DNA from: Alphaproteobacteria bacterium
GTDB taxonomy: Bacteria > Pseudomonadota > Alphaproteobacteria > JBFXJJ01
Length of the DNA: 64,000 bases
Reading direction: 5' to 3'
Assembly: GCA_050175015.1 (NCBI GenBank)
Contig: JBFXJJ010000008.1
Location: 32,001-96,000, forward strand
The position numbers and the translations under genes are program-made. The first letter of the stretch is position 1. Every line of letters starts with the position of its first letter. Shown piece by piece: positions 9,979 through 21,000 of this stretch. The notes below the pieces were generated by a model. That model was not told the origin of the DNA, searched no databases, and was given only the letters and a program-made list of their open reading frames with translations.

Positions 9979-10260
9979 TTAGTGATAATCAACAATTTCA
10001 ACATTATGAGCGTCTTTGTCCTGCCAAACAAAACATATTCGCCATTTGTCGTTTATTCTGATTGAATGTTGCTCTTTTCTATCGCCTTTCAATGCCTCAA
10101 GATTGTTAGATGGAGGGATTTTTAAGTCCTCAATCCTTTTAGCCCTATTTATCATCGCAAGCTTGATTATAGCTCTTCTTTGAATATCAAAAGGAAGCTT
10201 TTTTGAGGTTTCTCCGTGCCAAATCTTGGCTGTTTCTTTGCATTTAAAAGATACTATCAT
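9979..10260 (-). CDS. higB: HigB-family (plasmid maintenance killer) toxin
   Basis: MIVSFKCKET...PPSNNLEALKGDR..QHSIRINDKWRICF...VEIVDYH; upstream of higA. Confidence 0.92.
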   Translation of the reverse strand: MIVSFKCKETAKIWHGETSKKLPFDIQRRAIIKLAMINRAKRIEDLKIPPSNNLEALKGDRKEQHSIRINDKWRICFVWQDKDAHNVEIVDYH

Positions 10261-13200
10261 TTTTTAACATTCTCTACGGCAACAATAACTTCGCTTTTGA
10301 CTTGTTTTGCGTTTTGTTCGATTGCATCAAGATAGTTTTCACCTAATTGTCCTTTTATAAACTCAATTTCTTTAATAAAAGCAGTGATTTCTTTTTCGCT
10401 ACTCTGATTGCCTATTTCCTGAGAAGAAAGTCTCCTTAATGAATATTGAGATAAGGTTTTATATTCTCTTAAATCCTTAATCAAAACTCTTATAAATGAT
10501 GACAAACTGCTAAGCCTATCCTCATAAAAACGTATAGATGCATTAAGATTATTTATAGCTTTAGTTTCAAGTGAGTTTTCGTTGCTTTTATGATGAAATT
10601 TAGGCTTCTTTTCTTTGATGTTTTCGTATGTATCCCAAAACATATCAGAATGTTTGATTTTAGGTTCAGTTTGTTTGCATTCAATATTAGGCAACAGGCT
10701 TTCAATATTTATATCAAAAATATCAGGCTTTTTATCTCCTTCAACCTTTGCTAGTTGAACAAAAAACCCTAACGCTTTTTTTCTAACTACAATGACTTGA
10801 TTTTCTTTAAAGTTTTTAGCCGTCTTAACTCTGTTAGGCAGATATTTAATCTTTTTAAAAATTTCAGGGTATTCTATCCTAATATCCTCAATTTTATTTC
10901 TAATTTTGGTGATGATGCTTTCTTCTTCATTATCTTCAGGGTTTGAATTTATGCGTTTAAAAAGCTCTGAAGCAGAAGGAATTTCATCTTGGGTAAAGAC
11001 TTTTGAATCTTCACCAAGCGTATTATGAATAAGAAACATTTTCTGGCTTGCGATTTCTTTACTTTTTATAACATCAGCACCTTTTAGGGTTGGAAAGAAG
11101 TTGCAGATATAAAGCTCATCAAAAACCTTTTTGCCAATACGGTTAATTCTTCCGATCCTTTGAATAACCCTAGTTGGGTTCCAAGGAATATCATAATTTA
11201 TGATTGTTCCTGCTCGATTTAGATTGAAGCCTTCAGAAAGCTTATCGCTGGCAATAAGAATGGAGTAATTATCTTCCTGTTTGCTTTTAGCAATGCTTGC
11301 ATCAAAATTTTTATAAAGTGTTTCAGCCGTTTTTTTGTTTAAATCACCAGTAAAGGAAAAAACTTTGTTAGGAAAAGCATTTTCAATCGTTTCCTTAAGG
11401 TGAGCAACTGTATCTAAATACTCGGTAAAAACAATAAGTTTGCGGTTTTGCTCTTTTTTTATACTTTCTTTTAAAAAATCAATTAGCTTTGCCCTTTTAG
11501 GATCAGAATTTGCTAAATCAAGATTATCTATTTCTTTTTTTATTTTAGCAAACAAGGCTAAATCACTATCTATATCTTTTAAGAATTGATTTTTATTATA
11601 AAAACTATTGATGTCATAAATTCGGTTATTTTTTGGAGCTTTCTTATCGAGCAGTTCTTCAGCAAATTTTTCTAAGTGTTCTTCAATAGTATCTTCATCT
11701 TCAGAGTAAATTTTATTAATCAGCTTTCTATCAAGAATATATTTGCCATTTGAATTTTCGATAAACTCTTTAATTTTGATATGGGCTTTTTCAAAGTTTT
11801 CAATACTTTTTTTGAACGCTCCAAAAGAGCTTTCAAACCGTTTTACAAGGAGTCTTCTCATAAAGTCATATAAGTTTCTTTGTTGTTGATATTCCCTGTT
11901 ATCATCTTGGTTTAAGTCTTCAAGATTAAGTTTTTTCTCATAGTTAAATGGCTGATAAATTGCCCCTTTAAATTCCCCCACTTCTGCAAAATACTCTTTA
12001 ATGACCTTGTCGTAAAATTCTGATTGCTTTTCGTTTAACTCAAAAAGCAATTCTTGAGGGTCTTTAACCTTTGAAAGTTCTTTAACCTCTGTTCGATATT
12101 GATAATCGTTTTTAAGGTCTATTCGGTTTCTTCTAATTAGAATTGGCTCAATAATCTGCCTGATTTCGTTTGATAGTTCGCTTAAGCGGTTTTTAACTTT
12201 TTTAATATCGGCATATTCTTCTTTAAAAAGCTCAAAATATTGCTTTTTAGATTTGGCAAGTTTTTCAATATCGTTAGAGTTATGATACCTAGAAACATAA
12301 GCAAGTTTGTTAAAAAGGTTTTCATAGCTTTTAAATCTAGCTTCAATGTTATCATCAAGTGTTATTAGAGATTTTCCTGGAACGATAAAAAGTTTAAGGA
12401 GAGAGAATATATCCGCAGGGCTGTTATTAAATGGTGTGGCGGTTAGCAAAATCACAATTTTGTTACGACAAATCATGTTTAAATATTCATAATCTTGCGT
12501 ATCTTGATTGCGGAAACGATGAGCTTCATCAATAACCACAACTTCAATATCCTTACCTTGATTATTCATATATTCAGCAATTTCTTCAAGCTTGCCTGTT
12601 GACCTAACCTCCCAGTCAAAGAGTTCAAAATCACTTTTGTATTTTTGCCAGCCAGCGTTAGCATTAGCATCGCCAATTAGTCCAGGAGGGCAGATAATCA
12701 TTCCTCTTTTGCCAATATTCTTGGCAATGGCACTTGCTATAATCGATTTTCCAAGCCCCACCACATCGGCAATAATAACGCCATTATAGTTTTCGATAAT
12801 GGTTAGGGCTTGATTGACGGCATCAAGCTGATAGGAATAAGTCTTATAGCCCTTATCTTCTAAAATTCTGATGACTTGAGGTTTTATTTTTCTTTGTTCT
12901 TGAAGGTCTAAATAGGTTTTTAAGATATAAGCATACGCTTCAAAAGGCGTAACATTTGCAACTTGAGATTTATTGTTTAGAAAATCGATTAAAAATTGCT
13001 TCCTTGCATTATCTTCAGTAATTTTAACAGAGGTTTCCCAAAGCTCATCAAAGTAGCTTTCTGCATCTTCGGTGCCATAATCAGAAATTTCAACATTAAA
13101 CTCGTTTTGTTTTTCAAGTCCTGCTTTGGTTAGATTGCTAGAGCCCGTAATAAACTTAGTATCAGAAATATGCTTTAACTGGTCATTGATTTTGAAAAGA

Positions 13201-13613
13201 TAAAGTTTTGCATGGTTTGGCTCTAGGGTTTTTCTGATATGAAGCTTATCTTCTAAAATAAGTTTTAAGAAAAATTCTGCTTGTTCAAAAAAGTCTCGGT
13301 TGTCAAGGTCTTCATTGTTAAGGGCTTTGTCTAAAGATGCAAAAAAATCATCAGCTTTTTCGGCATTAGAAACATCAGAATTTGAGCCTGCAAACTCGCA
13401 TATCTTGCCAAGAAAACTATCGACTTCAAGTCCAACTAGAATTTTAACTGTAATGTTATCTTGTTCTTTGAGGCTTTCGTATAATTCTTTAAGTCCTGAG
13501 AAATAGAAAAAACCAACTAAAAACTTAAGCTCTTTGCTGGAGGTAACAAGCTGTTTTATTCTTGTTTTAAGATTTTTGGTATTTTTTTGATTGGTGATGA
13601 AGTTATTGGTCAT
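10257..13613 (-). CDS. PLD-nuclease + SNF2-family helicase (restriction-associated)
   Basis: N-terminal HAKLYLF/GSSNLT PLD motifs; ADVVGLGKS, DEAH, LTATP, SEGFNL, QRIGRINR helicase motifs; start taken at MTNNF (13613). Confidence 0.88.
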   Translation of the reverse strand: MTNNFITNQKNTKNLKTRIKQLVTSSKELKFLVGFFYFSGLKELYESLKEQDNITVKILVGLEVDSFLGKICEFAGSNSDVSNAEKADDFFASLDKALNNEDLDNRDFFEQAEFFLKLILEDKLHIRKTLEPNHAKLYLFKINDQLKHISDTKFITGSSNLTKAGLEKQNEFNVEISDYGTEDAESYFDELWETSVKITEDNARKQFLIDFLNNKSQVANVTPFEAYAYILKTYLDLQEQRKIKPQVIRILEDKGYKTYSYQLDAVNQALTIIENYNGVIIADVVGLGKSIIASAIAKNIGKRGMIICPPGLIGDANANAGWQKYKSDFELFDWEVRSTGKLEEIAEYMNNQGKDIEVVVIDEAHRFRNQDTQDYEYLNMICRNKIVILLTATPFNNSPADIFSLLKLFIVPGKSLITLDDNIEARFKSYENLFNKLAYVSRYHNSNDIEKLAKSKKQYFELFKEEYADIKKVKNRLSELSNEIRQIIEPILIRRNRIDLKNDYQYRTEVKELSKVKDPQELLFELNEKQSEFYDKVIKEYFAEVGEFKGAIYQPFNYEKKLNLEDLNQDDNREYQQQRNLYDFMRRLLVKRFESSFGAFKKSIENFEKAHIKIKEFIENSNGKYILDRKLINKIYSEDEDTIEEHLEKFAEELLDKKAPKNNRIYDINSFYNKNQFLKDIDSDLALFAKIKKEIDNLDLANSDPKRAKLIDFLKESIKKEQNRKLIVFTEYLDTVAHLKETIENAFPNKVFSFTGDLNKKTAETLYKNFDASIAKSKQEDNYSILIASDKLSEGFNLNRAGTIINYDIPWNPTRVIQRIGRINRIGKKVFDELYICNFFPTLKGADVIKSKEIASQKMFLIHNTLGEDSKVFTQDEIPSASELFKRINSNPEDNEEESIITKIRNKIEDIRIEYPEIFKKIKYLPNRVKTAKNFKENQVIVVRKKALGFFVQLAKVEGDKKPDIFDINIESLLPNIECKQTEPKIKHSDMFWDTYENIKEKKPKFHHKSNENSLETKAINNLNASIRFYEDRLSSLSSFIRVLIKDLREYKTLSQYSLRRLSSQEIGNQSSEKEITAFIKEIEFIKGQLGENYLDAIEQNAKQVKSEVIVAVENVKK

Positions 13614-15102
13614 TGTCTTTTGCTCGTTGAATTTTGGGGAAGTGTTTATCAATTCCTAATGTCTGATATATGATTGTTTTTAAAACCAAATCTAATCTGT
13701 TTGATAGCATACTTAAAGCTTCCCAGTTTAATGTTTCATTTTTAAAATAAAAAGTGGTGGATATTTCAGAAGAAGATAACTTTCTAGGTCTACCGTTTTT
13801 ATATGGGTGCGTGATAAGGTTTCTAATAAGAGAAACTTGTTTTTTAATATATTCTTTATAACCATATTCAGGAAATTCTTCAGGATAAAGAGTACGTTTT
13901 ATCATGCTTTTATGCCAGTCTCCACATAATCCCCCATAAATAAAAATGGTTTCAAAATTATCATTATTTATAAGCTCTAGCCCATTTTTAACATCAACGC
14001 CTGATTTGTTTTTTTTATGTTCAATGTTGCCGATAACTTCTAAAGCTTGAATTTGTGAAATAAGGTAAGTATCTAAAAAATTGTTTTCTTTGCTTAAAAT
14101 TGTAACGATTAAAAATCTTAACTTATTAAAATTATCAAACCATTTTTGCATAACAGCTTTTAAAGCATTTTTTATATCATCATAAGGAATATCTAAATCT
14201 AAATAAACGTAATCTTTTTCGTTTTTAATATTTGGGTTTATAAAATAATAATCATAGCCATTACAATATTTTTTAATCTCTAAATTTTGATTGCATAACA
14301 AGGAGAAAAAAGCATTTATCTTAAAAATAGTTTGCTTATAAAAATCTAAAGATTGCTCTTCTTCTGTTTCAACACGAATGTAGGTGTCGTTATAAAAACG
14401 GCTTTCAAGAATATTTTCATAAGAAATACCACTCTTTGAGAATATTGTTATAAAGCATTTAGCATTATCTATGATAATATCAAATTTATTAACTTCCCTT
14501 GGAATATTGATTTTTAAAAATTCTGCATTATCACTGCTTGTTTTGTTTGATTCAGAATTTAAATATTCTAGTCTAAAATATTTACCAAGCCATAAAAATT
14601 TATCAAGATTATCTATATAAACATCTAAACTTTTAATTTTATCATCTTTTTTTAAAAACTTATCTTTTTTAGGTTTTTTGTATATTTTTGCTAGTATTTT
14701 TTTTTCAGAATCATCTTCTATATTTGCTAAAACGCTATCTATTTTAGGGTGATGATATACTTCTTTTAAATAAAATTTTTCAAAATTTATATCTGTTTTT
14801 TCCCCACCTGTTGTTGAGGAATTGATAAAGGTAAAATAAAAAAGCTGGTTTGAATAAGATGCCGAATTATTTCTAAAAACACCAAATAATTCAGCCCCGC
14901 CAAAACCATAGCGGCATAATTTTTTAACATCTGTTTCGTTTAAGGTTAGTCTTGGCTCGCCGTCCTTAAATATCAAGATTGCAGATATTTTCTTTTTTGT
15001 TATTTTTTTTGGGAATGGTTCATAAACAAAACCTTCGTAAATTCCATTTAAATCAACCATTTTTACACACTTTTGGCATTTTTTTGATTGGTGATGAAGT
15101 TA
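13574..15102. repeat. 32-bp direct repeat (31/32 identical) flanking the ApeA-like gene; duplicates the helicase 5' end
   Basis: TTTTGG(T/C)ATTTTTTTGATTGGTGATGAAGTTA at 13574-13605 and 15071-15102. Confidence 0.85.
13603..15060 (-). CDS. ApeA-like HEPN-domain protein (putative antiphage RNase)
   Basis: C-terminal Rx4H motif (RNLITH) preceded by QALE helix; beta-rich N-terminus with LDKFLW resembling the ApeA N-terminal domain. Confidence 0.65.
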   Translation of the reverse strand: MVDLNGIYEGFVYEPFPKKITKKKISAILIFKDGEPRLTLNETDVKKLCRYGFGGAELFGVFRNNSASYSNQLFYFTFINSSTTGGEKTDINFEKFYLKEVYHHPKIDSVLANIEDDSEKKILAKIYKKPKKDKFLKKDDKIKSLDVYIDNLDKFLWLGKYFRLEYLNSESNKTSSDNAEFLKINIPREVNKFDIIIDNAKCFITIFSKSGISYENILESRFYNDTYIRVETEEEQSLDFYKQTIFKINAFFSLLCNQNLEIKKYCNGYDYYFINPNIKNEKDYVYLDLDIPYDDIKNALKAVMQKWFDNFNKLRFLIVTILSKENNFLDTYLISQIQALEVIGNIEHKKNKSGVDVKNGLELINNDNFETIFIYGGLCGDWHKSMIKRTLYPEEFPEYGYKEYIKKQVSLIRNLITHPYKNGRPRKLSSSEISTTFYFKNETLNWEALSMLSNRLDLVLKTIIYQTLGIDKHFPKIQRAKDNDQ

Positions 15103-16836
15103 GTCATATTTTAAATCTATTTTAATTCCTAATAATTTTTCTGTATCGCTATTATCGGTCAGTTTAAGAATTATGTTATCATTAATTAGTTTTTGTTTTT
15201 CTCCGTCACTTATTTCAGTAATGTCATCAATCTGATTTTGGTTAAGAGTAAGTATGTATTGTTTGTTATGAGTATTAAAAAGATTGTTAGCTTCAGATAA
15301 CATAGAAATTTTTTGTCTTGGGTCAATATCACTAAAAAGACGATTGTCATGAAATAAAAAATCTATTTTATGCCTGCTTCCCATAAACAATAAGGTTAAA
15401 TCATAACAAAATATTTTAGCACTTCCTATTCCGTCAGAGGAATCACTTTCAATTTTTGCGTCAAAATCATATCTTAATTGATTAGTTCCGCTATTGTTTT
15501 TAACAGTAATTCCTGATGTTGCATCAGGGTATATTTTTTTAGCCAGCCTTCTAAAAAAGCCGTCCATATTTTTATCAGAGTTTTCCTCTGTTGAGTTAAG
15601 ATAATCAACTGTTTTCTGTTCTTCTTCAACAAACTGTTTCTTTATATTAAGCTCTTTATTTTCATACTCTTTTAATAAGCTTTCATATTTTAAATAATCA
15701 TTTTTTTGATTCTTTTTATCGCTAAGTTTGTTGTTCAGTTTTAAAACCACATCAACCGCATTATGAGCATTAAGATATTGCAATTTCTGGTCTAATTTTT
15801 TCTCCCAATCTTTTTTGTCATTATTAAAAGCTGTCAGATTGTTTTGAATAGCCAGTTTTTGTTCGGCAAGCCTTTTGGCTCTGTTTGATAACAATTGCTT
15901 ATTAAAAACTTCTAACTCATCTAAGGTTTTAGATAAATTGTTACTAAAAATTATCCGAGCTTCTTCATATATTGACGTTATTTTTTCTTTGCTTAAGTCT
16001 GGAGTGTTTTTTAGGCTTTGCTCAATGTTTTTTATTTGATATGAGCTTGTAGCAATTTGATTGTTGATATTATCTAATTGTTGCTTTATTTGATTCGCTT
16101 CCTGCTCTGTTTGGTAATAATCTTCAGCAACTTTTGTTTCATTAAGTTTATGCTCTAACTCTTTTATTTCTTCTTCCAAATTTTTCTTTGCAAGCCCAAG
16201 GTCTTTAGAGCCAATAAAAAATTCTTTTAATACAGGGTCTTTTTTTATCTGCTTGGTTAAATTGTTTATATTATCTAAATCTTTCTTTAGCATCTTTTTT
16301 GTTTGAATAAGTCCAACATCTAATCCCAACAGAAAAGCATTGTTTAGCAATTTTTGATATTCTGTTCCTTTCTTTCTACCGTCAGGATCAGCAAAATTAG
16401 AATACGCACCCTTAGTTCTTCTTATAAAAAAGGGGATTAAAGTTCTAAAAGTTAGATATTGAATTCCAGATGGAATTTCAAAACAAAGCTTTTGCATTTT
16501 TTTATTAAAATTATCAACCGACAACTCTTCTTTATTCATAAAAATTTTATTATAGTTATCTATAGCACGTTCAACTTTATAATTTTCTCCAGCTATTTCA
16601 AATTCAAGATAAAAAATCCAATTAACGAGTTTTTCTAGAAAATTACCTTGAGGCGTTGCACCTAAGCAAAAATGAATTATCTCTATCATCAAAGATTTAC
16701 CAACACCATTATAGGTTTTATCTTTTGATTCGTTGGAGGTATCTTTTTTGCAGGCAACAATAATATTTAAACCCGTTTTTTTAAACTCAACAGTTTTAAA
16801 GGTATCTTTGTTTGCTGATAACGAAATTAAACGCAT
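15100..16836 (-). CDS. lmuB: Lamassu / ABC three-component SMC-like ATPase (DUF2326)
   Basis: Walker A NGVGKS, long coiled coil, SSDG signature, FLFHD Walker B-like. Confidence 0.85.
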   Translation of the reverse strand: MRLISLSANKDTFKTVEFKKTGLNIIVACKKDTSNESKDKTYNGVGKSLMIEIIHFCLGATPQGNFLEKLVNWIFYLEFEIAGENYKVERAIDNYNKIFMNKEELSVDNFNKKMQKLCFEIPSGIQYLTFRTLIPFFIRRTKGAYSNFADPDGRKKGTEYQKLLNNAFLLGLDVGLIQTKKMLKKDLDNINNLTKQIKKDPVLKEFFIGSKDLGLAKKNLEEEIKELEHKLNETKVAEDYYQTEQEANQIKQQLDNINNQIATSSYQIKNIEQSLKNTPDLSKEKITSIYEEARIIFSNNLSKTLDELEVFNKQLLSNRAKRLAEQKLAIQNNLTAFNNDKKDWEKKLDQKLQYLNAHNAVDVVLKLNNKLSDKKNQKNDYLKYESLLKEYENKELNIKKQFVEEEQKTVDYLNSTEENSDKNMDGFFRRLAKKIYPDATSGITVKNNSGTNQLRYDFDAKIESDSSDGIGSAKIFCYDLTLLFMGSRHKIDFLFHDNRLFSDIDPRQKISMLSEANNLFNTHNKQYILTLNQNQIDDITEISDGEKQKLINDNIILKLTDNSDTEKLLGIKIDLKYD

Positions 16837-17069
16837 TTGCTTATTATTCCTTGTTTTTCTTCAATAACGCCAATCGAAAAAAGAAAAACTATAGTTAAAA
16901 TCAAATTGTCGAAACTATGCTTGGCGAAGTAGTTTCCGCTTTTAAAATCAAATTGATATTTTTTCCATAAATCGTCAATGGTTTTAGGTGTTTTGAGCTC
17001 TTCAATGAGATAACTACCTAAACCGAGTAGGGACTGTGAAAAATTCAAATGTTTTTTTGGTATAAGCAT
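16827..17069 (-). CDS. lmuC: Lamassu / ABC three-component middle component
   Basis: 80 aa MLIPKKHL..SLLGLG...TIDDLW, between effector and ATPase and overlapping lmuB. Confidence 0.8.
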   Translation of the reverse strand: MLIPKKHLNFSQSLLGLGSYLIEELKTPKTIDDLWKKYQFDFKSGNYFAKHSFDNLILTIVFLFSIGVIEEKQGIISKCV

Positions 17070-17071
17070 AA

Positions 17072-18007
17072 TTACTCTTCTGGTTCTTCAAAAATATCGC
17101 AGCTTTCAAAATATTTTGCCATAATTTGAATAGCCGCTGGTTGATATACATTGTTACTTTTAGGACATATATTTTCTAAAATCCCAAAAAATATATTATC
17201 ACCTATGTTGTTTTTATCAATCATTTCATTTTCGAATTTAAGTTTGTTTTGTTGATAAATATCGCTTAAGGTTTTTTTTGTTTCTTCCGCTAATATGCTT
17301 TCTCTTTCCTCAAAAAACTTGTCTATTTGACCTATTGCAGAATAGGCGTTATCTAGCAAATTTTTTACGTCTAGGCTGATATTATTAATTTTGATTTTTT
17401 TATTCCAATCAGGGGCGATTAATTTGTCATCTAAAATCGTTTTAACGGGGATTTGTGCGATATGGTTTATTACTTCATCAAGAATAGAGTTATTAAGAAT
17501 GTGCATTTTTGAAGGGTCTGGCAAATACCCTACAACATCTAACATTTGTTCTTCTGTTAAATCATTAAAAACCATATTTCCTAAATCTTTTGCTGTTAAA
17601 AAGCTACATTCTTTTAGGTTGTTAGTTGTTTTAATGATTCCAATTTTTATCAAACCGTCAGCATTAACACCCTTATATTTATCATTAACAACAAAAAAGA
17701 AATTCTCTATCGGCGACCAATATTTTTTCAATCCGTCAAAATCTGTTTCTAGTTTATTTATCGCTTCAGGATATGATTTGGTTATGTCTTCAGGAGCATA
17801 AACTTGATAATAGGTTGCTGTTTTTGTGTTGCAACCATCATTCTTTCGGTCTCCAATATTGCCCCAAGGTTTAAGTTGTTGGAAATCAGAATCTCTATAA
17901 TTCATAATTTTGGTAAATATTTTTTCAAACTCACTGCCATCAGATTCATAAATTTTGTTTTGAAAAATTTTAATAGCATAAGCTTTTTCTTGAGGAGTCA
18001 TATTCAT
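17072..18007 (-). CDS. lmuA: Lamassu effector with restriction-endonuclease-like N-terminus and ABC-3C C-terminal domain
   Basis: FEKIF..IM...GNIGDRKNDG...YYQVYAPE nuclease-like motif; C-terminal YFESCDIFE. Confidence 0.8.
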   Translation of the reverse strand: MNMTPQEKAYAIKIFQNKIYESDGSEFEKIFTKIMNYRDSDFQQLKPWGNIGDRKNDGCNTKTATYYQVYAPEDITKSYPEAINKLETDFDGLKKYWSPIENFFFVVNDKYKGVNADGLIKIGIIKTTNNLKECSFLTAKDLGNMVFNDLTEEQMLDVVGYLPDPSKMHILNNSILDEVINHIAQIPVKTILDDKLIAPDWNKKIKINNISLDVKNLLDNAYSAIGQIDKFFEERESILAEETKKTLSDIYQQNKLKFENEMIDKNNIGDNIFFGILENICPKSNNVYQPAAIQIMAKYFESCDIFEEPEE

Positions 18008-18016
18008 TATTCCTTA

Positions 18017-21000
18017 CTAAACACTCTTGGCTTTGGAGATGCGGTTATAGACAAGCTGGCAGACGGAGCGGTAAACTTCTTTTCGTTCATCTATAGTTAG
18101 CCCTATAGCATCAAAAACAATGTCATCAAGTTCTTTTCTATCGGCAAGAGGTTTTGGCTCTTGCTCTTCAATTGGAATATCGCTTTTAGGGTCAATCCCA
18201 CATTCTTCGAAAATGTTTTTGATTTCTCGGTTGAATAAATTGTTTGTATTTAATTTAGAAAAATTAACACAATCATCTTTTAGTAAGATAAAATTATTTA
18301 AATCGGGCTTTTGAGTTTTGAGAACTCCTCCACCAAAATTTGACCTTCCATATAGTTCTCTAAATAAGTTGGTTGTTGTGGAATTTAAAAATAAAAGGGT
18401 GTTTATTTTGTTAGTTTTACAAACTGTAATTTCGAAGAAATTATCACCAACCAATCTATCGCTATTTAAAAAAGCAATATTTCTATCATTATGGGCTATA
18501 ATCCAAAGAATTTCTGCTTCTTTTCTATCGCCTAAAAAATACCATAACTTACGATTTTTTACGGTTTCAATGTTATGAAATCCTGTTAGCTTTTTCCCTT
18601 TATCTTTACCTTGTTTGATTTCTATTTCTGCGATTTCTCCCCATTTGATATATTTTAAGGCGTTCGTTCCTTGTAGTTCAGTTTTAGATTTATCACATAA
18701 AAAAAGAAAACCTTTTGGTTTGATTTTTGAAACATCAATTTTTTTAAGCTCATTGGTTTTCATTGTTGCGGGTTTTAAAAACTCTTCTTCAATGCCCCAT
18801 TCTTTGGCTTGGGTATCCGTTAAATAGAAAAATTCATTACAGCCTGTTGTTATGCCTCTTCTTACTTCGGCAACATCTTTTAATTTGACTAGCTTATCTT
18901 TGCCTTTTTCTAAAATGGTAAAGAAAATATCGGGGGCTCTTAAATATTTTCCACCCCATTTATCGCCGATATATTTGTTTTCATCAACGCCTGCTTCATA
19001 TAATTCATCATAGTTTATGCTATAAACCCTAAAGGAACCAGTTTTTAAAATGCCGTTAGTGTTTTCAATTTCAAGCAGGTTTTCAGTTACAACCACTTCT
19101 TCAAAAGGTTTTTTAAAGGCAACAAATTTAACTTTTTTATCTTTCTTTTGAAACTTATCTTCTGGGGCAGAAAAAATAGAAATTATGGTATTAACATCAG
19201 CGTTGGCAAAGCTTCGTTTAACCTGATTATCAATAATATAGTGCATCTCTACATTGTTTAGCAAAAACTCCTGAAGCCAAGCACCATAACCGACATCAAG
19301 CCAAGAGTTAGAGCAAACAAAACAATGTATGCCTTTGGGGTTTAAAATTCTTAAAGTATGTAAGTAAAAATAAACATATAAATCAGACTTTTTATCGGTT
19401 TTGGTTTTGGCTTTAAAATAACTTGGGTAATCAACCTTAACCGTTTGTTCCAACAAGTCCTTGTAATCTTTGTTGTCTTTTACCAAGCCATTAGGGTCGC
19501 TTATTTCCTCTTGCCTGACATAAGGCGGGTTGCCGATGATTATATCAAATCCGCCTTTTTCACCAAAAATCTCTGCAAACTCAATGTTCCAGACCAGCGG
19601 GTGATTGTCGGTTAGATTTTTAGCTTCTTCTTGTAATAAGGCTATTTCCTCTCTTAATTGCTCTTTTTCTTTTTCTAGTGAGGCAGAATTTTCTTTTTTT
19701 GTTTTTTCCCCAAATTCAATTAAACTTCCCTGTTTGGAGTAAGTTTTCATATACTCATTTAGCTTTTCTTTTTTGTTTGTTATTTCATCATGGAGCAAAT
19801 CTAAAAAAAGGTTTTTTTCCATATTTCTTATAGAGTGAATATCTACGCCGTTTTTGTTATTAAAAAAATCGATTTTAGCATTTTTCAGCTTGGTAACTTT
19901 GGCTTTTATGCTTTGAGAAATGCTCGCGTGTCCTTGTATTGGAAAAAGCTTGCCTCCAATTCTCTGCACCAATGAATCCCCACATCTAACCTTAAAGTTA
20001 AGGCTTGGAAGGAGCGGTTCAAAAGAAGTGTTTTTATCCTCTGGCATATCAATAAATAATGACAGCCAAAGCCTTAATTGGTTTATCCAAACTGCCCAGC
20101 GTTTAACCTCAACGCCGTATAAGGATTTTGCAATGATTTCCTTTTTGCGGTCAAAGGCGGAATAGTTTTTATATTCATCAGGGCAGTTGTTTCTGGTTTG
20201 CAGGCTTCCTAAAAGCTCATCTAAAACCTGCATCATGCCAACTTCAAAAGCACCCGAGCCTGCGGCTGGGTCGCATATTGTTATATTTTGCAAAAGCTCA
20301 ATTAGTCCTTTGATTTCTTTGGCGGTAAAATCGCCTTGCTTTTGGCATTCGTCAAACTCTTTATCAACACCCATTTCTCTAAAAATAAAATGATATAGGT
20401 CTTGTTTCGTGCAATTAGAGTTTTTCTCAAGCCATTTAACCAGCGATAACCTGCACATTAAATCAACTTCAGTTCTTGGGGTATAAACCGCACCATCTTT
20501 TTTATTAACTAATCTTTCAAAGATAATTCCTAAAAATTCAGGGTTTAGTTCAAGCTCTTCATCATAATTAGTGTTTTCTTCAATCGTAAAATTATATTGA
20601 AACAAAAACTCAAAAAAGGCTTCAATCTCTTTGTCAGGGATATAAGCCGAAGCTAAATCGACCCCTGTTTTTTGCTTAAATAATTCACCATTTAAAAAAG
20701 GTGCCATTTGCAAGGTTTTCTGCGTTTTTTCAGAAAAATCATTGTTGCGGTATTTAACTTGCGTTCCTGGAGTGCTGTTCAAAGCTTCAAAAAACAATGG
20801 TTCTAACCAGTTTTTATAAAACTTATTATCACCATTAAACTTTGCTTTATATTCTAACCAGAAATTTTGCAAAAATTCTTGGTCTCCGCCAAGCCAGCCT
20901 CTTTTCTGCACAAAGCCGATAAATATGGTTCTAATCACAAAGAGCAGGGCAAAATCTTCTTTAGTTGAGGTATCTTCAATTTCTTTAACGCTTTTGGCAA

